From assembly GCF_000737315.1 (NCBI RefSeq), contig NZ_JMCB01000001.1:20001-268000 (forward strand): DNA of 248,000 bases, given 5' to 3'. The translations under genes were made by a program, and so were the position numbers. The stretch comes from Hyalangium minutum (lineage in GTDB: Bacteria > Myxococcota > Myxococcia > Myxococcales > Myxococcaceae). Of the stretch, positions 145,434 through 156,440 are shown piece after piece. The notes below the pieces were generated by a model. It saw only the letters and a list, made by a program, of their open reading frames with translations, searched no databases and had not been told where the DNA came from. Position 1 is the stretch's first letter. Each line of letters opens with the position of its first letter.

Positions 145434-146762
145434 TCAGGCGGCGAAGGTCTTGGCGAGCTGCTGAGCCCGGACGAGCCCCATGATGAAGGGGATGGCGAAG
145501 TTGAGGGGGTGGACGTCCGGCGCGAGCTGGCGGGACAGGCCGAAGAGCGTCACCACGGCGCGCTCGACGCAGTACCACCCCTCCGGATACTGGAGCGCCT
145601 TGAGCAGGTCGCGCATCTCGCTGGCCTTCACGCCAATCTCCTCGGGCTTGCCAGGCTCGGTGCCGGGGGTCTTGCGCAGCTCCTCCACCACGCGCTTGAA
145701 GTAGCCGCGGATCACCCGCTCGAGCACCTCGCGCTTGCCCGCCTTGCTCATGAAGCCAATGGTCTCCACGCCGCGGATGACGAGCTCTTCATCCCGCGTG
145801 GCCACCCCGGTCAGCACCTGCTGCAACCCCTCGACGATGTGCGGCGCGGGCTCGGTGACCGTACCGAAGTCCAGCAGCACCAGGCGTGGGCCGGTGGGCC
145901 CCGGCTGCACGAAGAAGTTCCCGGGGTGCGGGTCCGCCTGGAAGAAGCGGTTCAGGAAGAACTGCTTGCAGAAGAGGCTGACCAGCCGGGTGGCCAGCGC
146001 CTTGCCGTCGATGCCGGCCGCCGCGAGCTCCTCCCGGCGCGTCATCTTGATGCCCTGCACGTAGCTCATCACCAGCACCTTCTCCGAGGTGAAGTCCCAG
146101 TACACCTGGGGGAAGCTCACGTCGGGCTCGCCGGCGAACTCCTGGGCCATGCGCTCCATGGCCCGTGCCTCGTGACGGAAGTCGGTCTCGCTGCGCAACA
146201 GCGCCTCGAGCTGCACCATCACCCGCTCCAGCGAGGCGACGGGGAAGAACAGGCGCGACATCTTCAGCGAGTGCCGCATCATCGCCATGTCCACCTTCAG
146301 CAGGCGGTGCGAGGTGGGGTAGAGGATCTTGACGGCAACCTCCTCCCCCGTCTTCAGCGTGGCGCGGTGCACCTGCGCCAGCGAGGCGGCGGCGATAGGT
146401 TGCTCCTCAAAGCGAGCGAACACCTCGTGGGGGCGCTTCCCCACCGCCCCCACGAAGGTGCGCTCCATCTCCGAGAAGGGATGCGGAGGCACCTGATCTT
146501 GCAGATCCTCCAGTTCCTCCATGTATGCGGCGGGAAGCACGTTGCCCATCAGCGAGGCCAGCTGCCCGAACTTGATGTAGACGCCGCGGAGCTTCTCGAT
146601 GCCGTGGTAGACGCGCCGCGCATTGGTGCGGTGCACACGCTCCCTGCGTTCCTTCATGCGCTCTTTGCCGAGCAGCTTTTCCAGGCTTACCTGGATCAAG
146701 TAGCTCAACATGATGGTATAGTAGAGAACCGAAGCGCGACCGAGCCTTGTCAATATCCACAT
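145434..146762 (-). CDS. AarF/ABC1/UbiB atypical kinase
   Basis: [21 protein letters not shown]. Confidence 0.9.
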   Translation of the reverse strand: MWILTRLGRASVLYYTIMLSYLIQVSLEKLLGKERMKERRERVHRTNARRVYHGIEKLRGVYIKFGQLASLMGNVLPAAYMEELEDLQDQVPPHPFSEMERTFVGAVGKRPHEVFARFEEQPIAAASLAQVHRATLKTGEEVAVKILYPTSHRLLKVDMAMMRHSLKMSRLFFPVASLERVMVQLEALLRSETDFRHEARAMERMAQEFAGEPDVSFPQVYWDFTSEKVLVMSYVQGIKMTRREELAAAGIDGKALATRLVSLFCKQFFLNRFFQADPHPGNFFVQPGPTGPRLVLLDFGTVTEPAPHIVEGLQQVLTGVATRDEELVIRGVETIGFMSKAGKREVLERVIRGYFKRVVEELRKTPGTEPGKPEEIGVKASEMRDLLKALQYPEGWYCVERAVVTLFGLSRQLAPDVHPLNFAIPFIMGLVRAQQLAKTFAA

Positions 146763-146838
146763 GGGGGGGCCTTTGGTGTTGGGGGCGCTTCATAACACCT
146801 CTTGCAGGCCTCTTTCACCTGCCCCCTCCCCCACTCAT

Positions 146839-148128
146839 ATGACCACCATGAGCACAGCCCCCGCCAATTCCTCCGCAGATCTGATCCACGGAGGGACGAC
146901 TGATACGAAATACCAGACGCCGCAGCGGCGCCTGATGGAGCAGGCCTTCAACCGCGCATTGCAGGCAGGTAAGCGGCTGGTCGTGCGCATCGAGGCCCCC
147001 TGGTCTGACGAGTGCGTCACCTACGAGGAGAGCCTCCCCCAGCACGGCGCGCGGCTCAATGAGCTGCTGTCCAAGGTGGAGTCGCTGGTGCTCAACGAGG
147101 CCGACTTCGATCGCGCGCATGGAGTGGACTACCTGCCCTCGGAGATGCTGCACTTCCAGACCGTCTACTTCTGTGATCCGGCCACCCGCACCTGGGCCAT
147201 CGTCCCACACGTGACGAGCGCGCAGCTCTTCACCCAGTACCTCACCCTGTGGCTGGAGCGGCCCCAGTTCCCCCAGACGCTCCAGCAGCTGGCGCTCGAG
147301 GCCACCACGCCGGAGACGGCGGTGGGCATCCCCTTCAAGCACCTGGTGGAAACGGCCATCCAGACGGCCGGCTACAGCCTCAGCTTCGAGGAGACGCGGG
147401 CACTCGTGGAGAAGCTCCGGGAGAAGAAGGCGAAGCAGCCGGACCTCTTCCAAGGCATTGATCTCGACGCCCTGTACATGCGGGGAAGCCAGAACCAGAT
147501 CAGCGCGGGGCGCATCACCTACGAGGAGCTGTCCGCAAAGGATCCGCAGCTGGGCAAGCGCATGTTCGACTCGCTGGAGAACATGATCGAGGCGCGCCTG
147601 TACAACGTGATCGGCGTGCTGCTCCGCAAGCAAGGGCTGGAGGCAGCGGCGCGCCAGGTGCCCGCGCTGCTCGAGACGGTCCACAAGGACATGGCGGCCA
147701 AGGGGCTCACCCACGAGGGCGAGGTGGCGGACACCGGCATCGTCCGGGCGAAGAACGAGGCGGCCTTCAAGGTGCTCGAGGCCCGCGCGGGGTTGATCAC
147801 CCGCGAGCAGGCGGTGAAGTTCAACGAGCAGCTCATCGCGCAGAACGTGCCCTTCTACTTCCGCGAGTCGGTGCCCCACATCTTCGTGGCGCTCGGGGAC
147901 TACGCGACGGCCGCCTCCCTCATTGAGGCGACCCTGCCAGAGTGGGGCATGTTCTACGACGGCCTCATCGCGCACATGCGCTCGCAGACGAAGTCCAAGG
148001 ACAGCAAGGACGAGAAGATGGTGCAGATGTTCGGCAACAAGCTGGCCATCTTCGAGAAGCTGAAGGTCCGCGTGATCAACGCGCGCAGGGCCCGGGCCGA
148101 GAGCCTGAGGAAGCTCGCCTCCTCCTGA
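146839..148128 (+). CDS. Hypothetical protein
   Basis: long ORF with plausible composition; no motif recognised. Confidence 0.55.
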   Translation: MTTMSTAPANSSADLIHGGTTDTKYQTPQRRLMEQAFNRALQAGKRLVVRIEAPWSDECVTYEESLPQHGARLNELLSKVESLVLNEADFDRAHGVDYLPSEMLHFQTVYFCDPATRTWAIVPHVTSAQLFTQYLTLWLERPQFPQTLQQLALEATTPETAVGIPFKHLVETAIQTAGYSLSFEETRALVEKLREKKAKQPDLFQGIDLDALYMRGSQNQISAGRITYEELSAKDPQLGKRMFDSLENMIEARLYNVIGVLLRKQGLEAAARQVPALLETVHKDMAAKGLTHEGEVADTGIVRAKNEAAFKVLEARAGLITREQAVKFNEQLIAQNVPFYFRESVPHIFVALGDYATAASLIEATLPEWGMFYDGLIAHMRSQTKSKDSKDEKMVQMFGNKLAIFEKLKVRVINARRARAESLRKLASS

Positions 148129-148212
148129 GCCGCCGGAGTCGAGAGGGCCCCTGACGTTGGGGGCCCTCTGCAGGGAAGGCTCCCAGGCCCGGGAAGACGG
148201 GTGGCCGGGGCC

Positions 148213-151200
148213 TCAGCGGCCGCGCAGGGCCTCCTTCACGTGCTCCGCCATCGTGAGCGCGAAGGGGCGCCGCGGCAGGCTGAAGTGGTTGGCTCCCGGC
148301 ACATCCCTCGTCACCACCTCTCCCTTGAGGTAGGAGCGCCATCCCAGGATGTCGTCGCCGTAGTTATCGGTGAGCATTGTGGGCACCGTGGAGCGCACGA
148401 AGAGGACCCGCCCATCGTAGGGCTGGGCTTGGTAGCGCTCCCACACCGCCACGTGGTGCCGTACCAGCTTCTTGAGGTTCTCCATCTCTGGCTGCCGCGT
148501 GCTGAGCAGGGGCGACTGCTCATCCAGGATCTGCCCCAGCACGGAGTTGCGCTTGGCGAAGGCCAGCAGGCGCCGCTCCATCCAGTCAGAGAAGCCCGAC
148601 GCCTTCTCGCCCCGCTTCGCCCGCTCCGCGCGCCGTGAGGCGAGCCGCACGAACATGTCGTCCATCGCATACGGGGCGAAGCCGCCCCAGATCTCGATGA
148701 AGCTGCGGATCTTGCGGTACATCAGCCGCAAGGGGCTGTGGCCGCTCCAGCGATCATTGGCGAAGGGGGCATCCAGCAGCGCCAGCAGCTCCACCTTCTG
148801 CGAGGCGGCGCGAAGCTGCTGCGCCATCTCGAAGGCCACCATGCCGCCGAAGCAGTAGCCGCCCAGGTAATACGGCCCCTCGGGCTGGACGGTGCGAATG
148901 GCCTGGACGTAGCTCGCCGCCATATCGCGCACGTCCGCTTGGGTCTTGCTCAGATCGGTGATGGCGGGATCCTGGATCGCGTAGACGGGCCGCTCCTTGC
149001 CCACCTGCTGCGCGAAGTCGACCAGGGCAAACGCCACTCCACCCGCGCCGTGCACGCAGAAGAAGGGCGAGCCATTGCCCGCCTTCTGGATGGGGACGAG
149101 CGCGCTGGCGGAGGCTCCCGCGGGGACGATGTCCGCCCGCGCGCTCACGAGCAGAGCCAGCGTGGCCGCCGTGGGAGCCTCGAAGAAGCCCATCAGCGGG
149201 AAAGTACAGCCGAAGGTGTCCTGGACCTCTTTGATCAAGGTGATGGCGGACAGAGAGTTGCCACCCAGCTCGAAGTAGTTGTCCCCCACACCCACCGGGC
149301 GAAGGCTCAGCTGGGCCTCCAACATCTGGACGATCTTCCGCTCCACGTCATTGCGCGGGGCCACGTACGGCTCGGCCATCTCGGGGCGCACGGCCTCGGG
149401 CGGAGGCAGGGCCTTGCGGTCGAGCTTGCCGTTGGGCGTCAGTGGCAGCGTGTCGAGCACGATGAAGTGGGAGGGGACCATGTGCGCCGGCAGCCTCGCG
149501 CCCACCCACTCCCTCAACATGGAGGGCAGCTTGCCTGTGGAGAGGGCCCGCTTGGGGAAGCGGCAGTACTGCTCGGGCGCACCCAGCGTCCCGTATCGGT
149601 CCGGACGGAAGGAGGACGGAACCTGGCCCGCCTTCTCCCGGTAGAACTGCGCGTCGAAGCCACCGGGCGCATCGCCCACAGACCAGCAGATCGCCACACG
149701 CCACCCGTGACGGGCGGCCAGCTCGCGCACCGCCTCCGGGTGCAGCCCCGGCTGGCCCTGGGCCTCCTGGGGCAGGCGCGCATTGGGAATCCCGCGCACG
149801 AGGAAGGCGGGCTCGGAGGACTCCTTCGCCAGCTTCTCCAGCGCGGCCATGTCCACGGGCTGGGTGGCCCAGTCGCGCACCGGCTGCTGCGCGAGGAAGG
149901 CGGGCTGGGACTGAACCTGGAGGAAGGCGTCGTAGCGGAAGCGGGTGAACTCGTTCTCGCTGCGGCCCTCGCGCAGCTCCACGCGCACGCGATCCACCTG
150001 CGGGAACGTCCCCGCCAGAGCGTGGAAGAACTCGGGGCTGATCACCAGCTCCTTCTCGTTGAGCAGCGCCACCTCCAGCCTGCGCGCCAGCTCCTCCTGG
150101 GAGAACGGCTTGGCGGCGCGGTGCCGCAGGATGTCCGCGTGGAACACCTCCTGGAGGTGCGCGTTGCGGATGTCGCCCATGAAGAGCACGCCGCCGGGAG
150201 CCAGCAAGTCCAGCGCCTGGCGAATGACGGACAGGAAGTACTCGGCGTCCGGGAAGTACTGCACCACCGAGTTGAGGATCACGAGGTCATACTCGTGGCT
150301 CCCCAGGCCGGACAGCTGGTTGGCCTCGCGCTGGAGCACGCGGGCGTTGCTCAGCCCCTCCTTCTCAAAGCGGGCCTGCAGGTGATCCACGGCGCTCTGA
150401 GAGAAGTCCAAGCCGGTGTACTGCTCACAGCGCTTGCTGAGCGGCAACGCCAGGAGTCCCAGGCCGCTGCCGATCTCCAGGACGCGGCGCGGGGAGAGCG
150501 CGAACAGCCGCTGGAGCGTGGTATCGGCCCACTCCCGCATCTCCGCTTCCGGCACCAACTGGCCCGTGTAGCTGCTGCGGTAGCCGGCGAACGGGTTGTC
150601 GCGGCTCTCGATGACGGCCTGCCGGCCGCCGCCCTCGTGCAGGTAGGCCTCGTTGAACAACCCCTGCCAGTCTGTGGACTCCGCGCGGCCCACCACCTCC
150701 GCGGGCACCACGTAGCAGATCAGCCGCGAATCCTGGTTCGCGTCCTCGTCCTTGATGACCACGGCTTCGGAGACGGCCGGGTGCTGGCGCAGCGTGTTCT
150801 CGATCTCGCCAGGCTCGATGCGGTAGCCGCGGATCTTCACCTGGTGATCCACGCGCCCCAGGTACTCGAGGTTGCCGTCCGCGTGCATGCGGACGCGATC
150901 CCCGGTCCGGTACCAGCCCTGCACGAACTTCTCCTGGTTGAGCTCCGGCCGGTTGAGGTAGCCACGGGCCACCCCCACCCCACCGATCCACAGCTCCCCC
151001 ACCTCGCCAGCCGGCACGGGCTGGCCCGACTCATCGGCGACCTTCAGCTCGGTGTTGTCGATCGGCTTGCCAATCAGCATCGCCTCAGAGTGGAGATCCA
151101 CCAGCCACCCGGTGGAGTAGATGGTGGTCTCGGTGGGGCCGTACCAGTTCCAAACGCGCTTGCCGCGGGACAGCAGCTGCTCGGCCAGCTCGCGAGAGAG

Positions 151201-152094
151201 AGGCTCGCCGCCAGTGCAGATGGTGAGGTTGGAGCGGCTCTTCCACCCGAGCTTGAGCAGCATCTTCCAGCCCGAGGCCGTGGACTGCGCGTAGGTGGCC
151301 GAGCTGCGCTCCAGGAGCGCGGCGAACCGCTCCCCATCCTTGAGCTCGTTGCGATCGGCCACCCACGTGGTGCCGCCCACCAGCAGCGCCAGGTGCAGCT
151401 CCGCCGCCGCGATGTCGAAGCAGATCGACGCGGTGGCCAGATAGGTATCCGTGGGCCCCATGCCCGTCAGCCGGTGGACGGAGAGCAGCAGGTTGGTGAG
151501 GGAGCGGTGCTCGATCTGCGCCCCCTTGGGCCTGCCCGTGGAGCCCGACGTGTAGAGCACGTAGGCGCGATCCGTGGGCCGCGGGCCGTCCTGCCGGGAC
151601 ACGGGCGGCGCCGCGGCGATGGCGGCGGCATCCCGATCGACGCAGATGGCCTCCGTGCCATCTCCGAGCAGCTCGCCCAGCAGCGCCTCCTCGGTGATGA
151701 CCAGCCGGATCCCCGCGTCCTTCCAGATGTAGCGCAGGTGCTCCGGCGGGTAGTCCGGATCCATGGGCACGTACGAGCCCCCGGACAGCATCACGCCCAG
151801 GGTGGCGGCCACCATGTCGTTGGAGCGGCGCAGCAGGATGCCCACGGGCGTCTCGCGAGTGACGCCACGGGACCGGAGGTAGCCCGCCAGCCGGCAGACC
151901 CGCTCCCTCAGCTCCGCATACGTCCACGCGCGCGACCCGTCCCGGAGAGCGCAGTCCTGGGGCGTCCGCTCCGCCTGCTCACAGAACAGATCACACGCCG
152001 TCCGCTGAAGACGGGAGTGCTCCTCCGGCCCAAATGCCGACTGCGCGGCCACCACCGACGAGCTCACCTGCCGAGCAACACTGGTTCCCTGCAT
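148213..152094 (-). CDS. Stand-alone NRPS-like protein A(MT)-PCP-TE
   Basis: YTSGSTG.PKG, YRTGD, embedded LEIGSG MT, FELGGNSL PCP, GYCFG TE. Confidence 0.9.
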   Translation of the reverse strand: MQGTSVARQVSSSVVAAQSAFGPEEHSRLQRTACDLFCEQAERTPQDCALRDGSRAWTYAELRERVCRLAGYLRSRGVTRETPVGILLRRSNDMVAATLGVMLSGGSYVPMDPDYPPEHLRYIWKDAGIRLVITEEALLGELLGDGTEAICVDRDAAAIAAAPPVSRQDGPRPTDRAYVLYTSGSTGRPKGAQIEHRSLTNLLLSVHRLTGMGPTDTYLATASICFDIAAAELHLALLVGGTTWVADRNELKDGERFAALLERSSATYAQSTASGWKMLLKLGWKSRSNLTICTGGEPLSRELAEQLLSRGKRVWNWYGPTETTIYSTGWLVDLHSEAMLIGKPIDNTELKVADESGQPVPAGEVGELWIGGVGVARGYLNRPELNQEKFVQGWYRTGDRVRMHADGNLEYLGRVDHQVKIRGYRIEPGEIENTLRQHPAVSEAVVIKDEDANQDSRLICYVVPAEVVGRAESTDWQGLFNEAYLHEGGGRQAVIESRDNPFAGYRSSYTGQLVPEAEMREWADTTLQRLFALSPRRVLEIGSGLGLLALPLSKRCEQYTGLDFSQSAVDHLQARFEKEGLSNARVLQREANQLSGLGSHEYDLVILNSVVQYFPDAEYFLSVIRQALDLLAPGGVLFMGDIRNAHLQEVFHADILRHRAAKPFSQEELARRLEVALLNEKELVISPEFFHALAGTFPQVDRVRVELREGRSENEFTRFRYDAFLQVQSQPAFLAQQPVRDWATQPVDMAALEKLAKESSEPAFLVRGIPNARLPQEAQGQPGLHPEAVRELAARHGWRVAICWSVGDAPGGFDAQFYREKAGQVPSSFRPDRYGTLGAPEQYCRFPKRALSTGKLPSMLREWVGARLPAHMVPSHFIVLDTLPLTPNGKLDRKALPPPEAVRPEMAEPYVAPRNDVERKIVQMLEAQLSLRPVGVGDNYFELGGNSLSAITLIKEVQDTFGCTFPLMGFFEAPTAATLALLVSARADIVPAGASASALVPIQKAGNGSPFFCVHGAGGVAFALVDFAQQVGKERPVYAIQDPAITDLSKTQADVRDMAASYVQAIRTVQPEGPYYLGGYCFGGMVAFEMAQQLRAASQKVELLALLDAPFANDRWSGHSPLRLMYRKIRSFIEIWGGFAPYAMDDMFVRLASRRAERAKRGEKASGFSDWMERRLLAFAKRNSVLGQILDEQSPLLSTRQPEMENLKKLVRHHVAVWERYQAQPYDGRVLFVRSTVPTMLTDNYGDDILGWRSYLKGEVVTRDVPGANHFSLPRRPFALTMAEHVKEALRGR

Positions 152095-152148
152095 GACAGA
152101 CCTGATCCCTTTGAAATGAAGTCGATGGGGCAGAAGCAGCGGCTGGGC

Positions 152149-152598
152149 TCAGCCCGCCGCGCGAGCGGCACCCTCGGCCCGAGCCTTGAGCGCCTGGTTC
152201 ATCGCCTCGAAGCTCTTGCGGGCGCCCTCTTGAACCTGCGCGCCCATGAGCGCCGAGAGCGGGCCGGTGAAGATCTCACGGTTGACGAACACCGCCTCAC
152301 GGGCGCCCTTCGGCTCCACCGTGCAGCTGTGCCGGCTGACCAGCAACCAGCCATTCAACACCTTACTCTCCCACTCCAGCTCGCGGCCCGGCGTCACCTG
152401 GACGATCTTCGGCCGAAAGCTCCGCACCGTCCGGGGATCCATCTGCACGGTGATCTCCAACGGCTTGCCCACCACCATCTCTCCCTGGGCCTGGCGCAGG
152501 AAAGGGTTCCACTCGGCGAACGCCTTGAAATCCGTCAGGATGCTCCAGACCTGCTCGGCCGGTGCCTGGATATGGATCTCGGTGCGAATCTCTTTCAC
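152149..152598 (-). CDS. SRPBCC/START-like polyketide cyclase family protein
   Basis: I.I.AP.E.VW..LTD...EWNP. Confidence 0.85.
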   Translation of the reverse strand: MKEIRTEIHIQAPAEQVWSILTDFKAFAEWNPFLRQAQGEMVVGKPLEITVQMDPRTVRSFRPKIVQVTPGRELEWESKVLNGWLLVSRHSCTVEPKGAREAVFVNREIFTGPLSALMGAQVQEGARKSFEAMNQALKARAEGAARAAG

Positions 152599-152775
152599 GA
152601 GGAACTCCTAAAGAGGGGCAGTTCGAACCAACGGCCCGTCATATATCCCGTCCCCCTGGACTCATGCAAACCTGGAAAGGCTCGCATCTCCGGAGAGCCT
152701 CTCGCCGTGGTTTGCGCGCCCGTGATAGCGTGTTGATCAGTCCCCAAGAGGGGACAACCTTTTCACGGAGAAACA

Positions 152776-154098
152776 ATGTCGGACGAAGGTGAGATCCCCC
152801 GCGGCAAGATGCGTCGGCTCGGGCGCATGCTGACGCTTCCAGGACGTGCAGGCACGCAGCTGGTCTCGGCAGGCCTGCAGAAAGTGCTCGGCAAAGCAGT
152901 GGACCCGGGCCGCGCCGCCGCCTCGCGAGTGATGGAAGTGCTTGGGGAGATGAAGGGCATCCCCGTCAAGGCCGGCCAGCTGATGACCCTCTTTGGCGAC
153001 AACCTGCCCGAGGAGGCCCGCAAGACGCTGGGCCAGCTGTTCGCCAAGACCCCCACGCTGCCTTTTCCGCAGGTGCGCCACGCCCTGGAGACCGAGCTGG
153101 GCAAGTCCCTGAGCGAGGTCTTCGAATCCTTCGAAGAGACGCCCTGCGCTGGTGCCTCGCTCGGCCAGGTGCACCGCGCCCGGCTGCACTCCGGCGAGAA
153201 GGTGGCCGTCAAGGTCCAATACCCCGGCATCGCTGGCGCCATGCAGGAGGATCTCGAGCTGATCCGGCCCATCGTGAAGACCCTGGGCATGGCCGGCAGC
153301 CTCCTCGACACGAAAGAATACTACGAGGAGATGAAGCGCGATCTGGCCGACGAGCTCAACTACAAGCAGGAGCTGGCCAGCCTCGAGCAGTTCCGCACCT
153401 ACCTGTCCCACTGGCCTGAGCTGGTGGTGCCGCGCAGCTTCCCCGAGTTCAGCACCAGCCGGGTGCTGGTGCTCGAGTGGCTCGAGGGGCCCACCCTGCA
153501 CTCCTGGCTGGAGTCGCCTCACCCCGAGAGCGAGCGCCTCGCCCTGGCCGAGAAGCTGGTGCGCGCCGTCTACGGCCCCTTCCTGCTCCACCGCGTGGTG
153601 CACGGCGACACCCACCCCGGCAACTTCCTGGTGCTGGAGGGCGGCAAGCTGGGCGTGCTCGACTTCGGCGCCATCAAGCCCCTCTCCGAGCCCTTCTGGC
153701 ATGCCGTGGTCTCCGTCATGCAGGGCATGCTGGAGAATCGCAAGGTGGACATCGTCCCCCTGGTGCGGCAGGCCGGCTTCCGCCTCGACATGCCCGAGGA
153801 GCGCGCGCGCACCCTCGTCGAGCGCATCCACGAGCTCATCTCCAGCCCCTTCAAGGGGCCCTATGACTTCGGCAGTGATCAGCTCATCGCCGGCTTCACG
153901 GAGCTCAAGAAGAAGTACCCGCTGGATCTGCTCCGCGTCAGGCCTCCGGCGGAGGGGCTGCTCTTCTACCGGGCCATTGGCGGGCTGAGCCAGAACCTGC
154001 GCCGCCTCCAGATCAAGGGCGACTTCCGCCCCTTCTTCCGCGAGGCGCTCGCCGCTCCCCACCACGTCGAACTGGCACGCGCGCGCCGCTTGGGCTGA
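152776..154098 (+). CDS. AarF/ABC1/UbiB atypical kinase
   Basis: ASLGQVH, VKVQYPG, GD.HPGN. Confidence 0.9.
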   Translation: MSDEGEIPRGKMRRLGRMLTLPGRAGTQLVSAGLQKVLGKAVDPGRAAASRVMEVLGEMKGIPVKAGQLMTLFGDNLPEEARKTLGQLFAKTPTLPFPQVRHALETELGKSLSEVFESFEETPCAGASLGQVHRARLHSGEKVAVKVQYPGIAGAMQEDLELIRPIVKTLGMAGSLLDTKEYYEEMKRDLADELNYKQELASLEQFRTYLSHWPELVVPRSFPEFSTSRVLVLEWLEGPTLHSWLESPHPESERLALAEKLVRAVYGPFLLHRVVHGDTHPGNFLVLEGGKLGVLDFGAIKPLSEPFWHAVVSVMQGMLENRKVDIVPLVRQAGFRLDMPEERARTLVERIHELISSPFKGPYDFGSDQLIAGFTELKKKYPLDLLRVRPPAEGLLFYRAIGGLSQNLRRLQIKGDFRPFFREALAAPHHVELARARRLG

Positions 154099-154168
154099 GC
154101 GGAGGACGGTGGGGACGGGCCCCTGACGCCAGGGCCTGAGGGATTGGAGCCACTGACGCCCGGTGGCT

Positions 154169-154780
154169 TCAGTCCTCCACCAGCGGAACGATCCCGAACT
154201 GCTGCCGGAGCTTTTTCAGATCCTCCCCCAGCATGTTCTCCAAGGGCTGCTCGATCAGGCAGACCGCCTTCCTGCCCTGCTCAAGCCCCCACTCCTCGGC
154301 GTGACGCAGCCGAGCTCTGCGGCTGGGGTTGACGACCGCGTAGGCTCTCCTGGCGAAGCGGTACACCCGGCTGCCGGTCTCGGAATATCCCTGCGAATGA
154401 TAGAAGGCATAGGTCCCGAGCTCTCCGACCGTCGTCGCGTCGCACCCCAGGAGGGTATGGAACATGTCGTGCGTTCTCGTCACCCGGGTGGAGAGAGGGA
154501 ACCGGGCGTAGAGCCCGGCCAGTTGAGGCGTCAGATTGACGGTCCCGAGGTTGTAGCGCCGCATGAAGTCGGAATACGCGCGGCCAAAAGTCCCCTTCGG
154601 CATGGCCGCCAATTCGGCCATGTCCACGCGTTTCAAATTGAGATCCATGAAGCCTTTGACCCTCTCACGGATGACGGGGTTCTCATGAGGCTCGGACGCC
154701 ACAGCCTTGAGCACGGCGACATCTCCCATGCGCTTCTCGTGCAGTGCCAAGATCATCGCCGCGAGGACATCCACCTTCAT
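154169..154780 (-). CDS. Coq4-like protein
   Basis: L..MP.GT.G..Y, HD..H.L.G......GE. Confidence 0.75.
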   Translation of the reverse strand: MKVDVLAAMILALHEKRMGDVAVLKAVASEPHENPVIRERVKGFMDLNLKRVDMAELAAMPKGTFGRAYSDFMRRYNLGTVNLTPQLAGLYARFPLSTRVTRTHDMFHTLLGCDATTVGELGTYAFYHSQGYSETGSRVYRFARRAYAVVNPSRRARLRHAEEWGLEQGRKAVCLIEQPLENMLGEDLKKLRQQFGIVPLVED

Positions 154781-155694
154781 CTGGGCTCTCCTGTGCTCAC
154801 TTTCACCCTCTCCATCGCCGAGGGTGACATGCTCACTCCCGTCACACGCTCCGAGTACTCCCAGAGCTTGCGCGCTGTCTCGACATCGTACGAGCTCTTG
154901 CTCGAGCGCTCTTCCTGGCACTTGCGCCAGATCCCGCCAAAGTACTTGCCGCTCACGCCCTCCAGCTCCGGGGCTGACGCGGCCCAGACCTGCGTCACCG
155001 CGCCTTCCTCGGGCGTCAGAAACCCGAGCGACCTGACCGCCATGAGCATCGCCACGGCCGGCAGCAGGAAGACCGCGCCGGAGTTGGCGTTGATGCTGGT
155101 GGCGGCCGCCCCGGGATGGACGCAGTTGGCCGTCACGCCAGTTCCCTCCAGCCGCCGTGCCAGCTCGTAGGTGAACAGGACGTTGCACAGCTTGGAATGG
155201 GCGTACGACTTGAGCATGCTGTAGCCGCGCTCAAGCTGGAGATTGTCGAAGTCCAGGGCGTACTGCCCGTGCTTATAGGACGAGACGTTGACGATGCGGG
155301 AAGGAGCCCCCGCCCGGAGCGCCTCCAGCAATTGGAGCGTCAGGGCGAAGTGGCCCAGGTGGTTCACGCCCAACACCATCTCGAACCCGTCCACCGTCGT
155401 CCGCCGCTCGGGCAGCGCCAGGCCAGCGTTGTTGACCAGCGCATGGAGCCGGTCATACCGCGCGCTGAACTGCTCGACGAAGGAGCGGATGGAGGCCAGC
155501 GAGGCGAGATCGCAGAGCATCAGCTCCACCTCCCTGTTTCCAGAGCGGCCCCGCACCTCGTCCCGCGCGGCCTCACCTCGGGCCTTGTCACGGCACACCA
155601 TCACCACCCGGGCCCCTTGCCGCGCCAACGCCAACGCCGTCGCGCGCCCCAGCCCCGCATTGGCCCCCGTGATCAAACAAATCTTGTCTTGCAT
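154777..155694 (-). CDS. SDR oxidoreductase (retinol dehydrogenase-like)
   Basis: TGANAGLG, NNAG, Y..SK. Confidence 0.9.
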   Translation of the reverse strand: MQDKICLITGANAGLGRATALALARQGARVVMVCRDKARGEAARDEVRGRSGNREVELMLCDLASLASIRSFVEQFSARYDRLHALVNNAGLALPERRTTVDGFEMVLGVNHLGHFALTLQLLEALRAGAPSRIVNVSSYKHGQYALDFDNLQLERGYSMLKSYAHSKLCNVLFTYELARRLEGTGVTANCVHPGAAATSINANSGAVFLLPAVAMLMAVRSLGFLTPEEGAVTQVWAASAPELEGVSGKYFGGIWRKCQEERSSKSSYDVETARKLWEYSERVTGVSMSPSAMERVKVSTGEPR

Positions 155695-155713
155695 CCCAGC
155701 CCCCACAAACGGC

Positions 155714-156373
155714 CTACCGGAAGAGGCTCGCGATCGCCGCTGGCAGCCCCGTGGGGCTCGCCCGGAAGTAGATGTCCAGGTGATCGTCATCCGTCCGGAC
155801 GGCCCGCAGCCCCACAACGGGGTTGATCGTCGCCAGGAAGCGGCGGATGCCCGGGTTGTTGGCAAAGTCAGGGCTCTTCAACAAGTCGAAGCACACCCGA
155901 TCATCTTGGGCCTCGACCAGGGTGGGGGGGCGCTCGGGCAGGTGCACCAGCAGGTTGGCCGGCTTGGTGAAGTCGAGCTCCCCCGACTTGATCTTCGCGA
156001 TGACCGGAGAGGTGCCGTCACCCTCGTCGAGGATCTCGGCCTTCATCTCCGAGACACGGAACTCCAAGCGCACCTCGTCCTTGTTGATGCGCAGATCATC
156101 CAGCGCGACCACGAGCGAAGCGCGGAGCAGCGAGGAGCCCAGGGCATCGAGTGTCGTGGTGAGCTTCAATCCCGGGGGCGCGGGCGAGATGATGACGTCC
156201 TTCTTGTGCCCCTGCCCCGAGACGAACGTACGGGCCAGGTAGCGCGGCACGGCCAGGGGGATGCCCAGCCGCAGCTTCATCATCCCTCGGATGGCCCGGG
156301 GAACCTCTTCTGGGTGCTCCTTGAGATACTCCTTCACCGCGAGGAAGAGCGTTTTGGCGTTCGGCTTGCTCAT
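155714..156373 (-). CDS. Hypothetical protein
   Basis: co-directional ORF between the two SDR genes. Confidence 0.6.
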   Translation of the reverse strand: MSKPNAKTLFLAVKEYLKEHPEEVPRAIRGMMKLRLGIPLAVPRYLARTFVSGQGHKKDVIISPAPPGLKLTTTLDALGSSLLRASLVVALDDLRINKDEVRLEFRVSEMKAEILDEGDGTSPVIAKIKSGELDFTKPANLLVHLPERPPTLVEAQDDRVCFDLLKSPDFANNPGIRRFLATINPVVGLRAVRTDDDHLDIYFRASPTGLPAAIASLFR

Positions 156374-156440
156374 GGCTTGTGGCGACTTCCCTTCAGGCAA
156401 TGGGTGACGGTGCGGAGCCCAGGCCCCGGCCTCGGCGGGC

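Noticed and set aside
148738-152736. 1332-aa plus-strand ORF
   Set aside because: Antisense to the NRPS-like gene.
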